From assembly GCF_006345805.1 (NCBI RefSeq), contig NC_043006.1:26722001-26786000 (forward strand): a DNA stretch of 64,000 bases. The letters are read 5' to 3'. This DNA is from Octopus sinensis. Its lineage: Eukaryota. Shown here piece after piece: positions 12,901-64,000 of this stretch. Made by a program: the position numbers and the translations under genes. Below the pieces are notes generated by a model. The model worked only from the letters and a program-made list of their open reading frames with translations. It ran no database searches and was not told the origin of the DNA. How positions within the stretch are numbered: position 1 is the first letter of the stretch; every line of letters begins with the position of its first letter.

Positions 12901-14268
12901 AAGGATGAAAGTGCTAAAGTGCAGTTATGTATATTGGCCAAAGATGGACAAGGAAATTAAAAACTTGGTAAAAGGCTGCAGAGGATGTGCTCTGGCAGAA
13001 AAATTGCCTACCAAAAAATGGAAGCCTTGGCCAGAAGTAAAAATCCCATGGTTGAGATTACACATTGATTTCGCGGTTCTGTTAAATGGTTATTATTGCT
13101 TAGTAGTTGTTGAGTTTTACAAAATGGCCAGAAATTGTTAAATGCAAAAGACCAACCTCCTCAACTGTAATAAATTTTTTGCATGAATTATTTGCAAGAC
13201 ATGACATCCCCAATGTGATTGTGTCTGATAATGGGACACAATTTGTGCCCAGCGAATTTAGAAAATTCAGTGAAATGTTCACAGTAAAACATATAATGAT
13301 AGTGCCTTACTATCCCAGACTAAATGGACAGGCAGAACATTTTGTTGATACCTTTAAAAGAGCTTTAAAGAAAGCAAAACAAAGACATCACAGACAAAGT
13401 CACTCTACAACAATATTTTAGAGGGTACAGGGTGACCCCAAAACCCAATACACAAGCAGGAAGCTCACCAGCAGAGCTGATGTTCGTGAGGAAGGTGAAA
13501 TCAGTTTTTGATAAACTGCTACCTGGCGAGGAAATAAAAAGTGCCAGGAAGGACATATCAAAATTTTTCAAAATTGGTGATAAGGTGTGAATGAGGTCAT
13601 ATACAAATAGAAAACAGTACTGCGAAGAAGGTGAAATTACAAATTATGTATGTGGTAAAAAGCAAAAGAGGTATTGAAAAAAGACACAGAAACCAATTAA
13701 AGAAGAGATTCATAGAAAATGAACCAAACTGATTGGAAGCATTTATGGAATGGCTGTATGACACATTCCAGGTGGTTGAACCCCTGCGTACAAGTGGAAG
13801 AAAAAGAAAGAAAACAGAGTTCCTAAGAATGGGTGCCAAAAAGAAAAAATGTTAAGTTGTATAAAAAAGAAAAAAAGAAATAAGGGAGATGAGGTGAATA
13901 AAGTAAAATAAAATTACTTCCCAAAAAGAAAAGCTAAAAGGGAGATGTTGTAGTGGAAATAGTAGACCCCTCCCACAGGACAGGTAAGATGAATCAGCCA
14001 CTATAAAGTGAGACGACATCAACCAGTACAGGGAGTCATGAGTCAGTCATTGTAGAATCATTGTAAGAGTTCTCAGTTGAATTTAAGAGCCAGTTACATG
14101 TTATAATCAAGTTTGAGTCACAGTCAAGGTAGATGGTATCCTGCAGAGCTATCAGCAATAGCACAATATTACCATTCTGATATAGAAGTGATACACTGTA
14201 CCTGACACCAAGAAAATATTGTGGCTACTAGAGTAGATACAACAGCTACAGTCACATCAGTGGCTACA
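9970..14268 (+). mobile_element. Gypsy (Mag/K02A2.6-like) LTR retrotransposon relic with RT core deleted
   Basis: gag TFKAYYRRFEQIF, protease MQLDTSNDITII, RNase H TDASMYGVG..YSQIEKEVLAIIFG, integrase RLHIDFA..VSDNGTQF..LNGQAEHFV; PPT aaaagggaga then LTR TGTTG at 13946 to CTACA at about 14268. Confidence 0.9.
10823..11935 (-). mobile_element. 5'-truncated RTE LINE inserted in the Gypsy relic
   Basis: LYDTCVRTAMQHGSETWAV..MRKLE motif, then a 3' UTR ending catgctagc..ggaaa..gttaaac-(GAT)n on the minus strand. Confidence 0.85.
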
Positions 14269-14737
14269 CATTATAACTGTGGAAATCACCAAAACATAAA
14301 CACATGTTTGCAAATATATACACACATAAATTTATTCATATACAAACACACACACACACATACACACAGTGCAATGGGTAAGTTGTTCCCATTCTATATT
14401 TTTTATTTCATGCATGCGCATTGTTTGTTTTTGATTTTGTCAACTACACAGTATAGTAGGGTCAGCTGGGTACCATCTGTGAGAAAAACAGCACTATGAC
14501 ACAATTCACTCTGCCAGAAATTTGAAAACAATATGCTGCACTGCTTGGCATTTGTGCCAGAAGCACCAATATGAACATTTCAGAATGTTTGAGTGTCAAT
14601 CTGAGGACATTTACTGAGAGCGATAAAAATCAAACAACCAGTCAACATGATGGTGTTTCAGTTCTATATTTAAGAGATGAGGAATTATGTACATTATTTA
14701 CAATTGATGGATATTTGTCCTCATCTGGTTTGTTGTT

Positions 14738-14783
14738 AACACAACATTTTGGCTGATATACCCTCCAGTCTTCATCAGGTGTC
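14738..14783 (-). ncRNA. Minimal type I hammerhead ribozyme motif, mutated copy A
   Basis: gacac-CTGATGA-a-gactg/gagggtatat/cagcc-AAAA-tgtt-gtgtt. Confidence 0.6.
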
Positions 14784-14944
14784 TTGGGGAAATTTTGAAT
14801 CTGGGTTCTCATTCCTAAGGTATTTTTTGATTTTGTTGTTATTATTATTATTATTATTCAGGTCACTGCCTGGAATCGAACTCGGAATCTTGGGGTTGGT
14901 AGCCCACACTCTTAACCACTACGCCATATGCCTATGGGCATAGT

Positions 14945-15010
14945 GGCATAGTGGTTAAGCATGAGCTACTAACCCCAAGATTCCGAGTTCGATTCCAGGC
15001 AGTGATCTGA
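14945..15010 (+). mobile_element. tRNA-derived Pol III head (mirrored on the minus strand at about 14858-14925)
   Basis: A-box-like tggcatagtgg, anticodon-like loop ctactaa, B-box gagttcgattcc; no acceptor stem. Confidence 0.7.
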
Positions 15011-15027
15011 ATAATAATAATAATAAT

Positions 15028-15580
15028 GCTCTGATGCAGTACCAGACAGTGGCTCTCATGGATTCTGATCTTAACTGATTGGAAGTGTTATCATCTACAT
15101 TATTTTGCCTTGGTATAAAAGATGGGCTACAGTAAATATTCTGCTCAATATCACAGATCTGCTTGTCAGTTGTTTGACCTTAACCAGTTGATCATGTCCT
15201 TTAGTTGGCTGACAATATGCGCATCTCTGATCATGAGCAGAAGTAGTGGAGGAGCATCATAGCTGTGTTGAAAGGAATTCTTAGAGGTTTGGATAATTCA
15301 CCTTTGGAAACATGGGTGCTTCATTCTACATCCTTAAACAATCCTTATTCAAGGACCTTTTGAGCGGGATGGGTTACTTGACCACAAGAAAATTCTAACT
15401 GGGCCTCACCTGCAAGGTCATGCACTGTTTATTTTGATATGAGATCACCATGTCACGCACATATGGTTGTGAAGCATGTGCCTAGTGTACCCTTATCAGA
15501 CGGGTAGTCATGATGGATACACTGGGCCTTGTAAATTTTACCCCAGTGTCACTTTGATGGCATGCACTGCTCTCTCACCC
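15028..15580 (+). mobile_element. Headless SINE-like interspersed repeat with (AAT)n tail
   Basis: Part of it recurs inverted at about 24180-24420; ends in an (AAT)n/(AAC)n run. Confidence 0.55.
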
Positions 15581-15612
<32 letters not shown>

Positions 15613-15676
15613 CAACAACAACAACAACATCGGAAAATACCTTAGGAATGAGAACCCAGGTTCGAAATTTCCCCAA

Positions 15677-15722
15677 GACACCTGATAAAGGCTGGAGGGT
15701 ATATCAGCCGAAATGTTGTGTT
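15677..15722 (+). ncRNA. Minimal type I hammerhead ribozyme motif, mutated copy B
   Basis: gacac-CTGATAA-a-ggctg/gagggtatat/cagcc-GAAA-tgtt-gtgtt; stems I and II intact. Confidence 0.6.
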
Positions 15723-16153
15723 ACCAATAAACAAGATGAGGACTCAATTCACTTCAGACCACATCAGTGTTGGGACTTCGAATAAAGTTAGTTGCATAGA
15801 CTAATAACCAGTTGAAAGTAACTGGATGCAAATGCAATTGCTAGCTGTCTATGCAGAAGAAACACAAGTTAAACACATTTAAATCAAATATATTATATAT
15901 AATTGGCTGTAGAAATTTTTAAAATACACAGATTCATTGCATCAGGTCATTAAGAATGAAATGTCCAATTTTCTTATGCACCAAGTTTGACAGTCGTTAA
16001 CTCTAATGTTTTATCCTGACAATTCTTTGCTTTACAATGTTGAAGAGTTACATCATCACTTTTCGAAATGCAATTCATAGTGTCTGATTATGTTGTGAGT
16101 TTTCTCTTGTAAATCAATTTTTGTGAACTCATGGATAGATAAAAAATTTGTAC

Positions 16154-16522
16154 TTTACTCTTTTACTTGTTTCAGTCATTTGACTGCAGCCATGTTGGAG
16201 CACTGCCTTTAGTCGAGCAAATCGACCCCGGGACTTATTCTTTGTAAGCCTAGTACTTATTCTATCAGTCTCTTTTGCCAAACACAACAGCATTGGTTGT
16301 CACACGATGTTGGGGAGACAAACACAGACACACAAACACACATATATATACATATACGACAGGCTTCTTTCAGTTTCCGTCTACCAAATCCACTCACAAG
16401 GCTTTGGTCGGCCTGAGGCTATAGTAGAAGACACTTGCCCAAGGTGCCACACAGTGGGACTGAACCTGGAACCACGTGGTTGGTAAGCAAGCTACTTATC
16501 ATGCAGCCACTCCTGCACCTGC
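16154..16522 (-). mobile_element. tRNA-derived SINE
   Basis: Minus-strand head aggtgcaggagtggctg..gggttcagtccca..ccttgggcaagtgtctt (CORE-like), internal CA/TA repeat, tail gactgaaacaagtaaaagagtaaa; related copies near 58900-59060 and 62700-62930. Confidence 0.75.
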
Positions 16523-17495
16523 GTACTGTTTATGAATGAGTTTCATAATGGAACCATTACATCCCAGGCAGCTCAAAACATTAATGAGGTGTTTGGTGAA
16601 GATGAGGCAAATGAGTGCAGATGAGCTGGAAACTTTAGTGGAAGCGGATACCTCTCAAACTATGCAGGAGATAGCAGCAAGTTTTGGTGTTTCGATTCTA
16701 ACCGTATTGGACCACCTGAAACAAATCAGCAAGGTAAAGAAGCTGGACAAGTGGGTACAACACGAACTGAATGAGCATCAAATGACATGTTGTCTCGAAA
16801 CTTGCTGTTCTTTGCTGTCATAGCATAAAAGTGAACCATTTTTGCATTGTATTGTTGCATGTAATGAAAAATGGATTATTTTCAACAACAGCAAGTGATT
16901 TGCATGGTGGCTGGATAGAGACAAAGTGCCAAAACACAATCCAAAAAAGGCTAATGGTGTGTTTGGTGGTCCAGCGCTAGTGTCATCTACTACAGCTTCA
17001 TGAGACCTGGTAAGTCAATTACAGTGGATGGATACATTAACCAACTGGATGAAATGATGAGTGAACTTGGAATTAAACAACTGAGATTGGTCAATAGAGA
17101 CAGGCCAATTCTCTTGCAAGACACTGCTCAACCACATGTTGCAGAAAGAACACTTCTCAAGTTACAGGAACTAAACTTGGAAGTACCATGTCATCCACTA
17201 TATCTACCAGACTTTGCATCAACTATCACGTTTTCCAGGCATTAGACAACTTTTTGCAAGGAAAAAACTTAAAATCTGAAGAAAATGCAAAAAACAGCCT
17301 TTCATGATTTCATCACCTCTTGCTCTCCAGAATTCTTCACTGCCAGCATAAATATACAACCAATAAAATGGCAAAATTCTGTTGATAATTTAGGCGCATA
17401 CCTTGATTAACTGCATTGCTTTTTGTTGAGATAAAGTAAAATTAACTTTCAGTTCAAAACCGGACGCTTCATTTTTATGACTTGATAATTGTTTT
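16523..17495 (+). mobile_element. Mariner transposase relic (SETMAR/Hsmar1-like)
   Basis: KVKKLDKWVQHEL, CNEKWI, ILLQDTAQPHVA and HPLYLPDFA motifs; internal deletion and stops. Confidence 0.9.
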
Positions 17496-20295
17496 AGATA
17501 TACACCTGGTAAAATATTTATAATCTAGTGAAGCAAATCCAAGATTTACCCATTGGATGAAATATATTGGGATTGCTTGACTTAAGTAATTCTAGGTGCT
17601 CCTTACAGTTCGATGTGGATAGCCATAATCTGGATAATGAGTGCTCATACAGTACCCACCTGAATACTTTATCCCTTTCAATTCATTATATATATGAGTG
17701 TGTATATATATGTATATGGATTTACTGTACTCAAGCAAAAATGATGTCTTATAACCACTATTATGCTTGTATATCCAGGGCTATGACCCTCTTCTCTCTC
17801 TAACATATCAAGCATTTCCCCCAATTTTCATCCCCTAACAATTATCACCCCCACCCCCATCTATGGTACTATTCAGCTGCAGTAACCACCTAAGAGTAGA
17901 ATTGGCATGGTACATTCTCTCTCTTCCATTCAACTCCCTCTCTCCATGGAACCACTTCCATTTCTCATTATCATCCCTGCCCACACTGTATCTACCAATA
18001 TTCTCCTTTCAGCCAATGCTTTCTTCCCTCTTCTATACTCCATTCTTAATTCTTCTTTCTTATCTGCTGCAATTCTCAATGTCCTCTCAGCTCCTTGTTC
18101 ACCACTCCTACACCTTGTACATCATTCCACTACTTTCTGATCTATTCTCCTTCCTGAACCATTCCTATCTTTATTTCCCCCCTACCCCCTCTCTATGCTG
18201 GTATTTCTCTTCAACAACTTCACCCTAGTTCATCATGGCAGGACCCACCCTTTTCCAAATAGGACTCACTAGATGCTTTAAAGTCAGTAAATTTGTCATT
18301 TATAAAATATTCCAACTAATTAACTCTTTAAACCCTATAACCATTCACCCACTTCTTAATTTGTTTCTCCCCTTATGAAAGCATCTGCTCTTTCACTTCC
18401 TCTCACGACGCACTGTCCATATCCTCTCTTATGTCCCCTTTTTGTACCTTGAGAGTTTGCTCTAGCACCCCATCACCACCTTACTTTTATCGCCTTCAGC
18501 TAAGCATTTCCTCTATAACAAGACACCTGTGCTTGTCTCTGTCTATCAACATGACAAAGCCATTCACCTCCACCTACCCTTTTCAAAAACTCCCCTCTTA
18601 GTAGTGGGAACATTTTCCTTTACATTTTTCTCTCTTTTAAGTTACACAGCAACATCACGAGTGCCAATACACTTTTGTAACACCCAGTACACCTTAAGTG
18701 GTTGGTGTTAGAAAATGCATCCTGTAGAAACCAAGTAAAAGATAACATTGGAACTCAGTCAGATCCCATCAAACCATCCAATCCATGCTAGCTGGGAAAG
18801 CAAACATTAAATGTGAAGTAATGTTCATTCAGGATGTCACTAATTTTATGAAACTCAGTAATGATTGAGCTGTTTCTTTAAAATGGAGATAAGATGACTA
18901 GCTTTTCACCGTTGCTTTCAATTGAATAAGAAAATAAAAAGGTGTGGAAGGAGCATATTGCTAACAAAGACAGAAATTGAAGCTATTCTTGAAAGAGAGG
19001 GAGCAAGCAGTGGTTATTCTGACTTTTCTTTGCAATTATAGAAAAGTATTTGAGCACTCAGAGATACTAAATTAAAATACAGCTAAAAAAAAAACTCATT
19101 AAAATAATTATCAGAAGTCAAAAACCTTAAACTTAAAGTTTCAATCATTCCCTCACATCAACTAGTAAATGGAATTAATATTTTGGAAAAAAAATTTTAG
19201 TACCGTTAAAATCAAATACTATGTAGAGAGCTCCTATTGGATGGTGAATGTGAACAGAAAGAAAATGTTGAGTCACAGCTGGGTGGATTGATGGAGTATC
19301 AGACAAACAAATGAAGGCTTGATTCTTATTTCATCTTTCGCACCGTATAAAATCCATTGCCCAATTAACTCTCATTGACATAGTCCATTTAGCTTTAAGC
19401 AGATTGATTAAAAATTTCATTTCTGTAAGGAGCAGCAGTTATGCCTCTGCTGGAGTTTCCAGACAGTTAACTTTATATTGTTAATTTTATTGATCCTTTC
19501 TTTGATCATTTTTAATAGCTCTATGCCTAAAAATATGCATATCGTTTCAATGGGGTTAAACTGAGAGCTTTTATATCTACTGCTGATTTTAAAGTTCTTG
19601 AGCGCTAAGTAATAAACCATAAAACCAATTTCAAAATACTTAAACTCATTCTTTATAATGGTAGCTTTTTTGTGCTAAACTAGTAATAATTCATTTCAAG
19701 AATTTAAACAAGTAATAATTAATGTTTCATAAGTCTCTTGAACTCAGTAATTCAAGTTTGCTTAGAAGCCACTCCAGTTGTTAATCCTTAATCTCCATCT
19801 AAGCCAATTTTATCATTAGGTATATTTCTGATTAGGAGGTGTATCAAAAAGCTGTTATGCAAGTCTGTTCCACGGTAAACTCATCTCCCAACACATTTCA
19901 CTTGACCACAAGGTATTTCATGACACAAGAGATCACAATTATTTAAGTAATAAGAAAATTTAAGAAATTGTTGAAAAATGTTCCTTGTTTTGTTTATTTT
20001 CATGACAATGTTTCAGTACACACATTTAATCTTCATTGAAAATTGAATAAATGATTATCTTCTTAATAGCCCAGATCTAACTCCAAGTCAAACATTAACA
20101 TTGAGAGACCGAGAGCTTTTCCAATTTTTATAAGGAAGGGAAGTAACAGTAGTGATTTAACATTTTACATATTAATTTTTTTTTTTATCAGACAGAAGGC
20201 CAAAAATTTCATTTAATCATCTCCAGTATATCACTGTTACTTTTGTTCAGAGATTAAGTAAATGCAAGGCATTTAGTCTGAGAGAGAGAGGGAGT

Positions 20296-20329
<34 letters not shown>

Positions 20330-21391
20330 ATGAGTTGTGATACAATAAAATTTAACTTATTGAAATGAAGTGAAGGTAGCTTCTTAAGAGTGGCAAATCA
20401 AAGTCTGTTGATGTAACCAGCTAATCAACTACATTACCAGTGTAGCAAGAACATTTATAGCAAAAAAGAAGTTTTCAGAAAGCCCAATAGTAAAATAACA
20501 CAATTTGAATGTTTACAGCCTTTAAATGATATTTTCCAATCATAGATAGCCTACTAATGGGTTTGAGCTTTATTCTTTTGTTACCATTCTATGAACAGCT
20601 ATACTTACCAGAGTACATTTGTACCAAACATCCAATTTCATTAACAAATGCTCTTTTTTGCTAGAAAACTGTTACACTTTTCATAAAATCATTGAGATTC
20701 TATGAGTATAATATTCTACAGGAATCTTATTCGGGCAATCAAAACTTGTGAGAGTCACATAAAAGAAAAACAAGCCACCCAACACACTTGTCAATATTTC
20801 TTCTCTGTTGAAAGGATCTACCAAAAAACATTAGAATTCACATCTCACGGCACAAAAACTAACTCGACTTTGTGAACTTTATTGACATCCATCCCTACTT
20901 AGCAGAATAAATACACAGTTTATATGAAAAATAAAATGAACACACAATTATTAGACCTTCAAGCTACCTTAAAGGATAAAATATATTAACCAGCGCTTCA
21001 AATTTCTAAAGAAAGGAATTATATAAATGCAAATTAAAACCAGTTTATAACCATGAAAAATCATGAATTGCATAATAGTAACAACAAAGGACATAGGAGG
21101 AAATAGCTGGGAAATAATATACAAAATGGTATAAGAATAAATGCTGTCATTAACCACAGGAATTAAAAAAAACGTACTTAGCTCCAGGTTATCCTAGCAT
21201 TAAGCTGAATAATACTGATAAAACTAATAAAGAAATATTTTGATAGTGAGATTAAGGTTGCGGCTTGAGTTAATTGGCACATTTGGATTTTGTTCAGTAT
21301 GAAGTATTAAAGAAGCACCAATCCAAACATGGAAGCTATATACCAACAACAACAACTCAGTTTGAAATCTATAAAGAACAAGAAGCCAACG

Positions 21392-22389
21392 TTTTGGAAC
21401 AATCTTTAAAAAGGATTATATTACATGTAGTCAAATTATGTTTGATTGGTATAGAAAGTAACAAGAGATACAAAAATCAAATAGGAAAGACATTATGTTA
21501 AATAAGGAATAATTTTCTTGTTTTATACCTTTTTATCACAGTATATTCTGAAATCTTTGAGTCTGGAGAGTTAGATTTATGTTGTTTGGTAAATCTTGCT
21601 TCACCGTGAGAGACAACTTTAATTAAAGAGAACCTCCATTTCCTAATTAGTAAATTCATACTACTTAAAATGTAGCAAAAACTTCATTTCAAAACATTGA
21701 GTAATCCTCATTGTTATTAATGTTGAAAGTTAAATTTACAAAGAAAATAGAACAGTAGCTTCTTATCGGTTGCCAGATCAAAAGAAAATTTTTAAATAGA
21801 CAGAGATATCTTACAAAAGTTTGTTCAATGGAAATATATTTTAGACAAATATAGAGCTGTGTCTAACTGAAATTTTGTCTTTTTCATTCCTTAAAAGTAT
21901 TTATATTTTAAATATGCTCACAATTCCTTTTATTTATTCAAAGATAAACATAATATTAAATGGCCAAAATCGTAGGACCTTTTTTTTGTTATTGTGCTAT
22001 TCTGGAACGATTTTCTGCTAAGTATTATTGAATATATGAGAGAGAGGGGGGGAGAGAGAGAGAGAGAGAGAGAGAGGATATACATTGAGACAATTTTTGA
22101 ACAAACTTTAAAAGGATTTGGGTTACATGTAGACAAAATAGCCACAGAAAGTAACAAGAGACACAAGAAACAAATAGGAAAGACTACAAATTAAATGAGA
22201 AATTATTTTCTTTGTTTTTATTGCAGATCTATCCCTTTTTTCTCCTTTTTATCACACTGCATTCCCAAATCTTCAAGTCACTTGATAAACTAGGAATACA
22301 ATATATATATATATATATTGTTAGAAGAGCAAGGCTTATGTTTGGTAAATCTTGCTTCACCATGAAAGACAACCTTAGTTAAAGAGACC
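21392..22389. repeat. Diverged direct duplication (about 21392-21634 and 22094-22389) just 3' of the CUL2 stop
   Basis: Identical blocks agaaagtaacaagaga (21453, 22146) and tgtttggtaaatcttgcttcacc (21583, 22339) in the same order. Confidence 0.8.
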
Positions 22390-22491
22390 CTGTTCCCAAA
22401 TGAACAACAAGGTTAAGTCACAGAAACTTTTAATGTTGGCAGCTGGTTGTAGTCATACTAACAGGAGTTGTGTTCTATGGTAACATTGTTA

Positions 22492-63398
<40,907 letters not shown>

Positions 63399-64000
63399 TT
63401 ATGAAAAAAGTCATAGTGTTATATTTTTCATCATTTAACAGGGAAATAGATTAATGCTAATAAACTTCCCTAAAGATTCAATAGGAAAAACAAAAAGCTT
63501 TAAAGTCATTAACACTTATAACAATTTTTGATGATTGATATGAAAAGAAAGAGGAAATAATGAAGTTAAGGAAAAATTCAACTTCCTTTCTGAGAACAAA
63601 TACCAATACGGCAGTTAGGTTTTTCCAGTTTGAATGCCAGACATGCAAAACAAGGTTTGTTTATATTTTTCAAATATAATTCTTTCAAAATAGTTTAAAA
63701 CTAATATATGTACCATTTATGGTGTTTTGAGTTAACTTACATTAAACAGTGTCAAAGATCTAAGACTGAATATTAAATTATACTTAACATTTATTCCATT
63801 CATGATGAACACAGTTTCATCAGATTCGGCCATTTACAAGTTTCTTGTACAGAAAGATGCCTTTTCAGTTAGGAACTAAGAAGTAGAGGCGATTTTTTTT
63901 CTCTCAACAAGACAAACTGAGATAAACAGTTATGTGCTTTTCCTAGGAGTACAATACAATGGCAACGGTAACCATGAAGCCAGTAGTCTTACACCTTAAC

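Larger units (their letters stand above)
14659..15743. repeat. Head-to-head palindromic element: [tail-hammerhead-(ATT)n-tRNA head] [tRNA head-(AAT)n-hammerhead-tail], with a later insertion at 15028-15580
   Basis: 14858-15010 is an imperfect palindrome centred near 14935; 14716-14827 is the reverse complement of 15631-15743. Confidence 0.85.

Noticed and set aside
14945-15010. Functional tRNA gene (ACT anticodon)
   Set aside because: No acceptor stem or Pol III terminator; embedded in a repeat palindrome
20610-20660. Possible extra minus-strand exon (AG...GTAAGT)
   Set aside because: Peptide unrecognisable, no partner exons; likely chance within the CUL2 downstream region

Overview
AT-rich, microsatellite- and transposon-dense animal genomic DNA. 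The repeat families (tRNA-derived SINEs, RTE LINE tails ending in (GAT)n) look like those of Octopus; this is an inference and no species is assigned. Two host genes lie tail-to-tail. (1) + strand, 1861-7414: the last three exons (transmembrane segment and cytoplasmic tail) of an L1CAM/neuroglian-family adhesion molecule whose ankyrin-binding SFIGQY motif is replaced by SIIKD-stop. (2) - strand, 63360-22492: 19 coding exons of cullin-2 that splice in frame (2095 nt; 697 complete codons plus stop). The first coding exon lies beyond the window. The intron upstream of the first visible exon ends in a U12-type branch point plus AC. The rest is TE debris: four mariner relics, three Gypsy relics, three Helitron pieces, RTE/CR1/Penelope LINE fragments, SINEs and MITEs. 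The most unusual structure is a head-to-head palindromic element (14659-15743) in which each half is a tRNA-derived Pol III head, an (AAT)n linker and a minimal Penelope-type hammerhead ribozyme motif. A related fold-back copy sits in a CUL2 intron, and a second, long-stem-II hammerhead relic lies at 3930-4047. All assignments come from manual reading and recalled family consensus sequences; no database searches were run.
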